NCBI GenBank assembly: GCA_026770705.1
Contig: JANJGN010000140.1
Span: 124,001-188,000 of the forward strand
DNA: 64,000 nucleotides
Reading direction: 5' to 3'
DNA from: Isurus oxyrinchus
Taxonomy: Eukaryota
Positions within the stretch are counted from its first letter, which is position 1. Each line of letters opens with the position of its first letter. The notes under the pieces are model-generated. The model saw nothing but the letters and a program-made list of their open reading frames with translations. It did not search any database and was not told the DNA's origin. Both the position numbers and the translations under genes were made by a program. Shown in pieces: positions 13,094 through 25,200 of this stretch.

Positions 13094-13162
13094 GGTTTTT
13101 GTATTGACAGTAACTGCTGTGCCATCCAGTATATCACAGTGAGACACACCATGTCAAATACT
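13094..13162 (-). other. DH2 segment (coding 13122-13134, ATATACTGGATGG) flanked by 12/12 RSSs
   Basis: On +: GGTTTTTGT-12-TGCTGTG [D] CACAGTG-12-TCAAATACT. Confidence 0.92.
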
Positions 13163-13471
13163 GTGGCAGACTGTTAACTGTAAATACAGAGATTTAATTT
13201 CACTGCGCTCTCAAAAACCTGATTCCGACTCGCTGAAGTGTGAATCAGTGAGATATTTCAGCCTGTGCTGGTCATTATATTTTAAATGTGACTGGAGGTC
13301 TTTAAAAGCCTCTGTGAAGATTTAGCGTGTCCGTAAACACAAACAAAGCGGAATACTTTTATATATTTTTGCAAACCAATATTACTTATACCCATTATTT
13401 TATTTAGCTCCCATTTTCTTTGACTTTTCCTGTTGTGATCGTGATCACCAATTTGAACAAACTCTTTCTGA

Positions 13472-13551
13472 AGTTTTTGTATGAGGATGTCGCTGTGCAC
13501 AGCACTGTGACCCGCTGTCGTAACACAGTGAAATACACCAGCACAAAAACT
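13472..13551 (-). other. DH1 segment (coding 13510-13523, TTACGACAGCGGGT) with a V-side 12-RSS and a J-side 22-RSS
   Basis: On +: AGTTTTTGT-22-CACTGTG [D] CACAGTG-12-ACAAAAACT. Confidence 0.93.
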
Positions 13552-13921
13552 GCACCCACTCTCTGTTCAGTGCTGCCTCGCAATATTTACTTCAAATAGA
13601 CGTTTACTTCTGATCTAGTTTAGTATTTATGCAGCAATTTACAAAACTCAATGTAGAGTGATCCCGTCCAAGTATCAGACATATTAAAATGAACATTATA
13701 TCTATGTCTGTAATTGTGGAAACTATTAACAGTAAATGTAAGCACAGCCAAAAGCTCAGCCCATTATATCGATTGGTTTGTTAGGTTTTACAGTTAAATT
13801 TGCTGCTTTACTTTGGTCAGAAGCGACTTGTTGTCGGGTTCTGATCATTACAGTTAATATTACATTTAAAACAGGTACTGACCGTCAGGTTACGATGGCA
13901 GTTGTTGAGTTTCTCTCGATC

Positions 13922-13960
13922 TGTTCTTGTTCGGGTCCAGCCCTGGTTCCTCTCGCTGTG
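13922..13960 (-). promoter_or_regulatory. VH 23-RSS
   Basis: On -: CACAGCG, 23 nt spacer, ACAAGAACA directly after YYCARH. Confidence 0.9.
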
Positions 13961-14265
13961 GTGTCTTGCACAGTAATAGATGGCGGTGTCTTCAGTCTTC
14001 AGGCTCGTCATGTCCAAGGAGAAGATGTTCCTTGAAGTGTCTTTGGACGCAGTGAATCGATTCTTAATTGCTGGGGCATAGTTGTTGCTGGATGAACTAT
14101 AGTAGTAAAGCAGCCACTCCAGCCCCTGTCCGGGAACCTGTCGGACCCAGTACATGGTGTAGCTGCCAAGATCGAAGCCGCTGGTTTTACAGGTCAGTCT
14201 CAGGGAGCCTCCGGGACGCCCGGTCTCTGCCTCTGGCTGAGTCAACACAACCTCCGACTGAACAC
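13961..14265 (-). CDS. IGHV: IgM VH exon (unrearranged, open)
   Basis: Acceptor tacag; (R)[51 protein letters not shown]...RFTASKDTS...[13 protein letters not shown]. Confidence 0.97.
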
Positions 14266-14394
14266 CTGTAAAAATAAATCAAAAACCCCGAGGATTAATC
14301 CTGGTGAAATGATTTCTGACTCTCTAACATTCCAGAGAGAGACTAACACTGAGACAGTAACAGTGAGAGACTTGGACAATAAAAAACTACTCAC

Positions 14395-14452
14395 GGGATA
14401 AGAAAGTCAGCAACAAACTGAGAGAAATCGCCGACCTCATCGTTTTGGTCAT
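14395..14452 (-). CDS. IGHV: VH leader exon
   Basis: MTKTMRSAISLSLLLTFLS followed by C|GTGAGT; alternative in-frame ATG at 14440; phase matches the VH exon. Confidence 0.92.
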
Positions 14453-14529
14453 TTGGGGAAAATGGTTCTGTCCAGAACTCAGTGAACAAACCAGCTCCCG
14501 GACTGTTGGATTCCGGCCCCAGTGAGTGG

Positions 14530-14610
14530 CATTTAAATACCCGGCAGAAAGGGGCGGGTTTCCAGGCGCCGCCTATTGATTCCCTGGTGGAGGCGGCGAC
14601 TGGATCCACG
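14530..14610 (-). promoter_or_regulatory. VH promoter: TATTTAAA TATA-like box, GC box, no octamer
   Basis: TATTTAAAT on - at about 14531-14539, ~80 nt upstream of the ATG; GGGGCGGG at 14551-14558; no ATGCAAAT/ATTTGCAT nearby, consistent with shark IgH promoters. Confidence 0.65.
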
Positions 14611-16339
14611 CCCCACCAGAATGGACTCGATATTTACAATAGGTTATTGTGAAAAGTGGAAATTTTATCTGTATCGGGATATTTGGCTGAATGGATTCAT
14701 TGTAATGTCTCCATTGGTTCTAATGGCGAAATTGCATTTGAGCGTCTATTAATAAAAATCTAATTCCATTCTAAATTAAGTCCATTTATTTCTACACTAC
14801 TGCCCCCGGGGTTGAGCCTAAAAAAATTACAGTATCAGGGAATAAAGGTCAGTCTGTTTTGCAGCAACCCCGGGTCTATATCTCACTACAATAATTAAGT
14901 GTCATCAGTCATAGGAATTATTATTGATTTTGTAACTAAATGCGGGGGATGAACAAAGTGATTCTATTTACAGCCAGGGTGGCTATCGCTGTACAATTTG
15001 GATCCGAAGATAAGAAGAATCTCCTCACATTATACAATGCCTCTCCTTGCATTTCTCGATCTGCCCAGTTCCAAAGACAGCCCTGTGAAAATTAGCGATA
15101 AAAGAAGCCCGCCTGCCTGATAAGTCAACAGTAAGTTTACAGAGAAACGTAAAATTTACATCAACTTTTGACAAAGAAGTTAATGAATCAGAACAGACAC
15201 GGAGATCAGAAAAGTTATCCTTCAGCATCCAAATCATTGCAGCTAATTTTATTGGCCTCCCGCTGTCTACCATTCACTGGTATTGGGAACACAGGATATC
15301 AGGACTTTGCGGCATATTACACAATATCACAAGAATAAATGTTTTATCTGGTCACGAACTTATCATTTCTCCACTCATTGGCAGCTATGAGAGGGACTGT
15401 TAAATAATCGAAATCATCACAAAGTAAACTGTACAGTTCACGGTACTAATGAGGTATAAGGGACACCACAGGCTAAATGAGGTGCACAACTGGAGGAATA
15501 TTCAAGGAATTCCTGCAGGTTCAATACAATTCTATGATGTTCTTTTAATTTAATTTCTTTTAATTTTTTTCCATTCTACTTAACTCATTAGACTGGGGGA
15601 TTGAGACCATCAACATCGCTCTCTCGCACTCCATGAAGTTCTTAATAAACCAGCTTTAATAACTGGAATGTCCTTTACTTAGAAATAATATAAATTAAGT
15701 AATATGTGGTGAATTTAATATTTTCTGATCGAGTTTAATTTCACAGTGAACACGGCATTCATTCAAATATTTCCTTTAATGAAGTACCATTTAAAATGTG
15801 CCTTTCCTGTGCCACAGAAATATTTATTGTTTGAATGGCTAAAGCCATTTTGTTCAATCATATCCCGGCTAATCCGACCCACACAGTATTTGGAAGCAAG
15901 CCAGCCAGCTGCAGTCAGGGAGGGTCGAATGTCCGATGTTGTTTACAGGAAGCATCTGGGGGGTTTGTGCAGTTAATCAAAGATCTGTTTCCTCAGAACT
16001 GGCCGCTTGGCTGCAAGCCAACTTCAAACCCTTAGCATTGTCAACAAAGCCTATTTATTAACAGATCTACCCAGCAACAACACTGGAGTTACTTTTATTT
16101 TTTAAGTTGTGAACCTATGTGAACTGTTCCCATCTCTCAGGGAAGAAAAGTTATCCAGCTTCTCTGACACCCTGTTAGCAACAATAGCTCATTGGAGGAT
16201 CTCTCCAACACATCATAAAAGTCTGATGGATGGATGGAAAGAATTACAGACAGACTATTAGAGAGGACTCAGAGAGACATGTTTTTAACAGTCAAACATA
16301 TACATTTGTGTGACTTTTTTGCCCCTTTACTCTTTCACG

Positions 16340-16690
16340 GTATTTGGGAATCATTGGCAAGGCCAGCATTTGTTGCCTGTCCCTAATTGCCTTTGAACTG
16401 AGTGCCTTGCTCGGCCATTTCAGAGGGCAGTTAGAGTCCATCATGTTGCTGCGGATCTGGAGTCACATGTAGGCCAGACTAGGTACAGTGGCAGATTTCC
16501 TTTCCTTAAGGACATTAGTGAATCAGATGAGTTTTTTTCCACAATCGATGGTGGTTTCACGGTTTCCTTCACTGGACCAGCTTTCAATTACAGATTTATT
16601 ATTGAATTTAAATTCCACCAGCTGCTATGGTGGGATTTGTATTCGTGTCTTCGTTGCTTATCCAGTGACATTAATACAACACAACCATCT
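16340..16690 (-). mobile_element. SINE with CR1-group tail
   Basis: Reverse complement of the family tail plus 'ccaccagctgctatggtgggatttg'; related to 20350-20590. Confidence 0.6.
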
Positions 16691-16790
16691 GCCAAAGAAT
16701 GGAGGGATGAATGGTAGTTGGATGCCTGAATATTTTGATTAAGGAATCAATGAATGGGTTGACCGACGTATCGATCGGCGCGCCTGAAAA

Positions 16791-17150
16791 ATGCTGTTCT
16801 ACCTTCCCATCTTGGTGCATGACTACTTTATATCTTGAAGCAGGTTCAGTATTTTATTTCTATCAGTCTAATACCTTCAGTGCCTCCAGATTTTCTGGAT
16901 GTATTCCATCCCCAGGCTAACGAGCTAAACGTCACAAGAGAAGGCTGGAGATGTCTCTGCAGTACTGATGATTCTTCCCCGCTGATGGTAAATCATCATC
17001 TTTCAGACAGAAAGCGGGTATATAATTCGGTTTAGGATGGAGGATTGTAATATTTGAAATATGTGGTCCTTGCATGTACAACAAAACATTCAACATATCC
17101 TCACCCAAATTAGTGAAGGTAACATATATTAATCACTGGAGAGACGCATT
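16791..17150 (+). pseudogene. Putative decayed TCR-like V relic, paralogous to 60575-60952 (-)
   Basis: Clear DNA similarity to the reverse complement of 60575-60960; V-like fragments NELNVTREG and YNKTFNISSPKL. Confidence 0.35.
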
Positions 17151-17454
17151 AACTTATAGTCAGGTCCAGGTAGTTTTCTTTTTACCATCACTTTACAAAT
17201 CCTCACACACTCCAGTTACATATCAGGAGTTTCTGTGTGATGATGAGGTGATTACTTGTCAATAAAGCGCAGTGGCTGCTGGATAGCTGCTCATTAACCT
17301 CGGTCTGGTTTAATTCCATTTCCCACTTAATTCTGGGTCAGATGTAATTCATTGCTGACAGAATGGTCTATCAATGTTAATGATATTAAATGAATCGCAA
17401 TTACATTTGAATGGAATAAAATGCTGAAAATGATTGGCTCATGCAATTATTAAT

Positions 17455-17695
17455 CTTTGTGAATGGATGATAATTTCTGAGCTTAATTATTTGTCTTGTG
17501 AATTGATGGCAATTGGTGAATATAATTATTTATATTTGTGGGTTAATGATAATTGGTGAATATAATTATTTATCGTTGTGAATTGATGCTAATTGGTGAA
17601 TATACTTATTTATCTTTGCGAATTGATGATAATTCTTGAATATAATTATTCACCTTTGGGAATTGATAAAGGTTGGTGTTGATAATTATTTGCCT
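17455..17695. repeat. 40-bp AT-rich tandem repeat, ~6 copies
   Basis: 'aattgatgataattggtgaatataattatttatctttgtg' at 17501, 17541, 17581, 17621, 17661. Confidence 0.85.
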
Positions 17696-17734
17696 TTCTC
17701 CGCCTTTATGACCTTCTTCTCTGTTGAAAGATAA

Positions 17735-19230
17735 GATTCATTCCACAGGAGGTGAATGATACAAAAATCACCACACTATCTGAAAACAAAGCCGACAGGT
17801 GAGACTGCAACAACTACAGGGACATCTCACTCATAGAGTCACGGAGAAGGCCATTCCTTGGGTCATGCTTTAAAGACATCATCTGGTTTCAGGCTGAAGC
17901 ACAGTGTGATGTTTGTGTCAGATGATAAACTCTGGACATGATTTGCTCCATACCCTAGACACCGTCAGCAGAGCAGGACTCTACAAGATTTTTGGGAAAA
18001 TTGGCTGTTCACCAAAGCTCCCCAGTCTCATCCACTCCTTCCATGACAACATGCGCTGCACTGCACAGATTGGTGATTCTTCTTCCGACAGATTCGGAGT
18101 GAAGAATGGAGTGAAACAGGCTTGTGTCCAACTCCCACTCTGTTGGGTACCTTTTTCATGCAGCTGATCTTTGTCTTCCCTGTCGATATGGAAGGAGTCG
18201 ACTTACACACTCGATCAGACCGCAAGCTCCACAATCTTTTAGACAGAAAGCGAAGACAAAAACACATTGAATCCTGATCAGAGAATTCCTCCACGCTGAT
18301 AACTCTGTCATCAAAACGGAAACTTATCCACAAGGACTGATGAACTGACTGTCCCAAGCCTGTAACTTGTTCTCCCTGCCTATAAACATGGAGAAAACCG
18401 TGGTCATGGGAAAAGGTGTTGCATTTCCGTCATTGATCACACTAAATAACAAACGGATGGAAGTAAATTCCGCTCCCTGGATTCCATGGTGATAGGCAGC
18501 TTGTTCCTTGATGAAGAACCTGATACCCACATGGGGAAAGCAGCTGCCACCTTTGCCTGACTCATGAAACGCCCCTGGAATAACATCAAACTGACCCTTA
18601 GGACCAAGCTGATGGCTTTTAAGGCTTGTGTACTCAGCACCTTGTTGAATGGCTGTGAAACATGGGCGATTTACCGTTATCAAGTAAAGAAGCTCCACAA
18701 TTTCCATCTTCAATACCTGCTGCGCATTATGGGTATGTACTGGCTGGATAAAGTCACGAATGCAGTGATACTCTCAAAGGCAGAGCTCCTAAGGCTGAAG
18801 AACTCATTAAACAGAAGTGGTTTTTGTGGCTTGTGAACATTCGCAGATGGAAGATGGTCACAGACACGAGGATTTTCTGTTTGGTGAGGGAGCTGGAGGC
18901 AGACAACCAGTGGGATGCCCAAAGCTCTGCTTCAAGGCTGCTTGAAGTGAAGGCCCTAAATATCGATTATCACAACTGAGTGTAACTAACTGACCACTGA
19001 GGAAAATGGCGACACCTCCTGTGGATTGACGTGAATCACCACGATGACCAGCGGCTAAAGTGGTTTGGAAATCGAGGCCAACACCGGAAAAAAAACCTAG
19101 CCACAACGACACTTTGTAGCTTCATGTGCAGCACTTGTGGCAGAGCCTGCCTCATAATGATTGAACTCCTTAGCAATCAGCACATCTGAAATGGGTTTGT
19201 TTCCATTGTGTATCTGTGACTTTTCATAGA
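17735..19230 (+). mobile_element. RTE-clade LINE, degenerate RT
   Basis: DCNNYRDISL, IGCSPKLPSLIHSFHDNM, FGVKNGVKQACV, LTLRTKLMAFKACVLSTLLNGCETW. Confidence 0.85.
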
Positions 19231-20119
19231 TGGAATGTTGTCCAGAATCTTCGTGAATTTCAGTTGTAAACAATGTGATGTGCTTCTCGCTCTTTCTCTC
19301 CCTCCCAATCTCCCTCATACACACACAGACCAAAATGGCACCTTGTGCTTCAACTTAAGATGTCACCTTGACTTCCTGGGAGTCTCCATAGCCCTTAACT
19401 ATTGAAGAAAATGACCCTAACGGTCTATCAGGTGGTATCATGAACTAATAAACTCTTCCCAAGATTATATTTGTTGAGGTGGATATTAAAGCTCACGCCA
19501 ACTCTATACAGCTCCCTGGTTAACATCCCTCCCTTTGATCAAGATGAACAAAGTTACATCACCAGGAATTGGGCCGCTTTATTCTGGTGCTGACTTTAAC
19601 GTGCGTTAATCAAACACGTTCAGCTGTAATTAGTTGAATTTTGTTAAATTTTGACACCTCCCGCAGAAGGTGATGTGGTATTACATCTAGGGAAGTGGAT
19701 TCTTGATACAATAATGTCAAAGATCTAACCTGACAGCGACATTTTCACAGTAGCAATTGCAAATTTTGGCCAGCAGATGGACATGAAATCTTGATGGACA
19801 CATTCTATAAAACAGGCATTGTCTCAGTTATACTGCAAGGGACCCTGTCTCTGTCTTTTTAAATTGAACTCCATTTATTTTTATGTTAGACCAAACACTC
19901 TCTCTTTATATTTCAATGTATCCTGTTTCAATTAATACTGCACCAGTCAGTACCAATATTTATATTATACAGTCCAGAAGTTCCTAATTCAAACCGATCG
20001 GATTTACCTCTGCAGTCCTGTCACATCCAGTTGTAAATGGTGGTGGACAAGTAAACAAATAACTGGAGAATGGGGCTCCACAAAGCTGTGGGTCTGGAGT
20101 TATATGTATGAGAGGCAGT

Positions 20120-20590
20120 GATGTGCTGCTATTCTCACTGGGCTAGTAAATCGCTGGGGGTCTGGGTTTGAATCCCACCACGGTAGGTGGTGAAATTTGA
20201 ATCAAAAAATCTAATGATGACCATGAAACCATTGTCATAAAAACCCAGCCTAACAAGCTGGTGTTCTCAAGGGGGCATTTAGGGACGGGCAATAAATGCT
20301 GGCCTCGCCAGCGCCCCCCCATTCTCATGAATGAACAAACAAAAAATGTAGTCCTGACTAGGTAAGGAGGGCAGATTACCTTACCTAAAGGACATTGGTG
20401 AACCAGGTGGATATTTATGATATTTGATTATAGTTTCATGGTCACCATTATTGAGATGAGCTTTCAATTCCAGATTTATTAATCGAATTTGGATTCCACA
20501 TGCTGCCATAATGGGATTCAAACCCCTATCCCCAGGGAAAAGGCTTGGATCTCTGGGTTAATGATCCAGTGACGTTCCCACTGTACGATC
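20120..20590. mobile_element. Two tRNA-derived SINE copies, tail-to-tail (+ 20120-20340, - 20350-20590)
   Basis: B-box-like 'gggtttgaatccc' and shared body/tail sequences. Confidence 0.55.
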
Positions 20591-20707
20591 GTCCCTCCCA
20601 TGTTATACAGGATCCTGGTTCGATTATTAATTCCCTGAGAACTACATTATTTCTATTGTGCTGGATCAGGCCTCTGTTTGTATTAAAATAGACCCTATCT
20701 CATTAAT

Positions 20708-20802
20708 AACAAAACAAAAACAGAATTACCTGGAAAAACTCAGCAGGTCTGGCAGCATCGGCGGAGAAGAAAAGAGTTGACGTTTCGAGTCCTCATGACC
20801 CT
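20708..20802 (-). mobile_element. Short Penelope-like 3'-end insertion with 10-bp TSD
   Basis: Near identical to 34448-34552; TCTCATTAAT at 20698-20707 and 20803-20812. Confidence 0.85.
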
Positions 20803-20960
20803 TCTCATTAATGTTCCACTGGAAGCCATCTCAGTTTGTATTGCACTGGATTCTTTCTCTGTTTATATTACACTAGGCCCGGTCTCTGTTTATGTTATAT
20901 TAAATCTTGACTATGTCTACATTATAGTGGTCATTGTAACTATGACACTAGGCTATGTTT

Positions 20961-21093
20961 CTGAAGAAGAGTCATATGGACTCGAAATATTAACTCTGTT
21001 TCTCTCTCCACAGATGCAGTCCAACCTGTTGAGTTTGTCCAGCATTTTCTGTCTTTATTTCAGATTTCCAGCATTTGCAGCATTTTGTTTTTA
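20961..21093 (+). mobile_element. Short Penelope-like 3'-end copy with hammerhead-like core
   Basis: CTGAAGA-A-GAGTC ATATG GACTC-GAAA followed by the family 3' tail. Confidence 0.7.
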
Positions 21094-21299
21094 TCTATGC
21101 CTCTGTTTAAATTATGGTTGCTTTACTCCATGTTTCTGTGAGATGGAGAGATAATATGATAAATAAAGACGTTAGGCTAGAAATCGGTATCTGGCAGTAG
21201 CCTGAAAGGATGGTATCGGATCGGCCGTATATGCTACGCAGTACTTGATATTCATTTTCAGTGCAGTCAGCAGAATTAGATTTCAGATATCCCTTCTGT

Positions 21300-23790
21300 T
21301 CCTGCGCCAAATGCCAATTTCCCTCCTACGGAGTGGTATGTGTAGGCGGATGGAGGGCATTGTGTTCCCATATGCTTGTAGCCCTTGTTATTCTGGGAGG
21401 TGGAGGTCACAGGTATGGAAGGTGTTGTTGAAGAGGCATTGGCGAGTTGCTGCAGTGCATCTTGTGGATGGTACACACTGCAGCCACTGTGTGTCAGTGG
21501 CTAAGAGAGTGAATGTTTAACTGTTGGATAAGGAGCCTATCAAGGGCTTGATTTCCCCTGGTTGGTGTGGAGGTTCTTGAGTATTGCTGCAGCTACATTT
21601 GTCAAGGAAAGTAAACAATTTCTAACAGGTATCTGACTTGGAGATTTGCAGATGGTGGAAAGGCTTTGGGGAATCCGGAGGTGAATTACTGGTCACAGGA
21701 TTCCCAACCTCTGACCTACTCTTGTAGCCACAGTATTTATACGGCTGGTCCAGTTCAGCTTCTGTTCAATGGCACCTGCACATCGTTGATGGTGAGTTTC
21801 AACGACAGTAATGTCTTTTGAACATCAAGCGGAGATGTTTGGTTTCTTTATTGTTGGAGTTGGTCATTGCCTGGCACTTGTGTGCCACTTATATCACTTG
21901 CAACTTATCAATGCAAACTTGTCCAGTTCGAGAAGCAATAAGTAAGGACGGTTTCATTATCTGAGAGGTCATAAATGGAACTGAACTCTGTGAAAATATG
22001 AGCGAACATCCCCACTCCTGACCCGGTGATGAAGGGAAGGTCATTGATCAAGCTGCTGAAGATGGTTGGACCAACGACAATTCTCTGAGAGACTCCTGGA
22101 ACTGGTGCTGAGAATGATTGGTCTCCAACAACCACAACATCTTCATATGCGCTAGGTGTGACTCCAGCCAGTGGAGAGATTTGCTCCTGATTCCCGTTGA
22201 CCTGACACTTTCCAAGGCTTCCTGATGCCACACTCAGTTAGTAGCTACTTTCACATCAAGTACTGAAGCACTCATACATCATGTCCGGACGTTCGCTTTC
22301 TTGTCCATGTTCAGACCAAGTTTGCAATGAGCTTTGATGCTGGCTGATCCAGGTGGATCCAGTCTGAGCTTTGGTGAGCAGGTCGGCGACACCTTCAGTC
22401 ACTTTACTGATGATTGAGAGTAGACTGACTGAGCTGCAAGGGGACAGACCTGATCTGTTGTCCATTATGTACAGCTCTCTATCTTTACACTATGGTTCAT
22501 CATTTTCAGGTATGCCTGGTCTTGCTTCAGACCTGCTGGCCTACATTCCTCATTGTTCCTAGACTGGATGTTAGACTCATAGACTCATTAACGTTTACAG
22601 CACAGATGGGGGCCATTCGGCCCATCATTTCCGCCCTGGTAAAAAAAGATCTGACTACACTAATCCCATTTTCCCGTGCTTGGCCCATAGCCCTGGAGGC
22701 TATGGCAGCTTAAGTGAACATTTAAATCTTTCTTAAATGTTACTAGAGTTTCTGACACAACCACCCTTTTGGGCAGTGAGCTCCAAATTTCTACCTCTGG
22801 GTGAAAAAGATTCTCCTTAACTCCCCTCTTAGCTTTCTACCTCTTATCTAAAATCTCTGCTCTCTGGTTTTTGACCTCTCTACTAATGGAAAAGGTGCCT
22901 TCCTATCCACCCTACCTATGCCCCTCAGCAGCCCGTCAACCATCGTTGCTCCAAGGAAAACAGCCCAGCCTATCCAATCTTTCCTCAGAGTTCAGATGTT
23001 CCAGCCCAGACAGCATCTAGGTAAATCTTCTCTGCACCCTCTCCAGTGCAGTCACATACTTCCTAGAAATGTGGTGACCAGAACTGCAGTAGTGCTCCAG
23101 TTGTGGCCTAACCAACGTTTTATACAGTTCCAGCATAACCTCCCTTTTATGTGTTTTATGCCTCAGCTAATAAAGGCAAGTAACCCATATGCCTTCTTAA
23201 CCACCTCATCTACCTGCTCTGCTACCTTTAGGAATCTGTGGATATGCACACTAAGGTTTGAGTGAGGGATATTCTGGTCCATGAGGTTACAGGGTGTGAT
23301 TGAATGCAACTATCCTGCTGTTATTGACCAACAGTATCTCGTTGATGCTAAGTTTTGAGCTGCTAGATCTGTTCTGAATGTATCCCGTTTAGCACAGCGG
23401 CAGTGCCGCACAACACAATGGAGAATGTGCTCAGTGTGAATACCGGCTTGGGTTTCCGCAAGGACAGTGCAGGGGTCAATCACATTTATATCATAGTGTG
23501 GTGGGCCGGAGATCAGGTAAGGGTTTCCCTCGTGTTGGCTCTCTAACCATCTGTGGCAGGTCCATCCTGTCAGATACGTCATTCAGGACTCATCCAGCTC
23601 CGGCATTCTTGGTCTTGTCAAATGGTAATTGATTTTGCAAATTCACAGCATATTCGTTGCCCTTGCTACCCTCAGTGTTTCTTCCACGCAGTGCTAAAGA
23701 TGAAGGAGCACAAATTCATCAGCTGAGGGAGGGCAATAGGTGGTAATCACCAGGAGGTATCTCCACCCATATCTTATCTGGTTCTGTGGG
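21300..23790 (-). mobile_element. CR1-group LINE, degenerate, interrupted by a nested CR1 at ~22577-23254
   Basis: WHQEAL...GIRSKSLHWLESHL, VGPTIFSSLINDLP..SGVGMFA; the nested copy has its own 3' end 'catagactcattaacgtttacagcacag'. Confidence 0.8.
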
Positions 23791-23799
23791 ACTTCAATA

Positions 23800-24190
23800 T
23801 GGTGTCAATATTGCTGCTCTCCACCGTGTCTCTGTTAATATTACACTCAGCCTGTCTCATTGTTACTGCTCTAGTCTGTGATTCTGTTTCTGTAATACTA
23901 GATCCTGTCTCAGTATTGCTGCTCTCCACCATGCCTCTGTTTGTCCTACACTGGGCGTGTCTCATTGTTACTGCTCTAGTCCATGTTTCTGTTTCTGTAA
24001 CACTGGACTCTGTCTCAGTTATTGCTGCTCTCCACCATGTCTCTGGTAATATTTTACTGGGCCTGTCTCTTTGTTGCTGTTCTAGTCCATGTTTCTGTTT
24101 CTGTAACATTAGGTCCTGTCTTAGATATTTATGTAATTGTCCTCTGTTTATATTACATTAGTATATTCCCTTACTTTATTGCACTAGAGC
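23800..24190 (+). repeat. 27-bp-unit minisatellite, degenerate, forward orientation
   Basis: 'ctagatcctgtctcagtattgctgc' units. Confidence 0.7.
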
Positions 24191-24379
24191 CTGAAAATAG
24201 GAGTTAAATGGTTTAATTTAAACAGCTGCAATATAAGAGAGGTCTGTGGATCATGAACACAAATCTGGGATGCAGGAAGGACAAGTCATAACATCTAAAC
24301 AGGCCCCCATGTTAATTGCTCCCACCATCTTGCTGCCTTATCTTCACTATTTCCACCCCAGCCAATTTCCACATTATGG

Positions 24380-25200
24380 CACGTGTGTAGTGCAGTAATA
24401 ACAGAGGCAGGGTCTAATGTAATTTAAATACAGATATGATCTAGCACAGAACTGAGACAGTGGCTACTGAAATACAGAGACAGTTCTAGATGAATATATA
24501 CAGAGACAGGTCAATTATAATATAAACAGAGACAAGGCCTTGTTTAATATAAGCAAAGACAGGATCTAGAGTAATATAAACAGAAACGGGGTCCAGTTTA
24601 ATATAAATAGAGACAGGGTCTAGTGTATTATAAACATACAGAGCCCAGTTTAATATAAACAGCGGCATGACCTTGTGCAATATAAACAGAGACCGGATCT
24701 AACGTAATATAAACAGATACAGCGTCTAGTGCAAAATAAACAAAGGCATGTCAAGTATAATATTAACAGAGACATGCCGAGTGTAATATAAACACTGACA
24801 TATCAAGTGTAATACAAACAGGGGCAGAGCCTAGTATAATATAAACAGAGACACGGTCTAATGTAATGTAAACCAAAATAGAGATCAGTGCAACTTAAAC
24901 AGAAACAGGGTCTAGTGTAATATAAACCAGGGCAGGGCCTAGTGCAATATAAACAGAGACAGCGTCTCATGCAATATAAACAGAGGCATGTCGAATATAA
25001 GGAGACATGTTGAGTGTCATATAAACACGGGCAGGGCCAAGTGCAATGTAAACAGAGACACCATCTAGTGCAATATAAACAGATACATGTCAGATGCAAT
25101 ATAAACAGGGACAGGGCCTAGTGCAATACAAACAGAGGCAGTGTTAACTGTAATATAAACAGAGACAGGGTCACGGTCGAAAGCAATATCAAGACAGGGT
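24380..25200 (-). repeat. 27-bp-unit minisatellite, reverse orientation
   Basis: (GTGTAATATAAACAGAGACAGGGTCTA)n is the reverse complement of the main array unit. Confidence 0.85.

Noticed and set aside
639-14452. IgW, IgNAR or germline-joined IgM assignment
   Set aside because: C exons match the mu pattern, CH2 is present, and V, D, D and J are separate with RSSs
14391-14609. 72-aa ORF over the VH promoter
   Set aside because: Wrong frame; the true leader is 14452-14395
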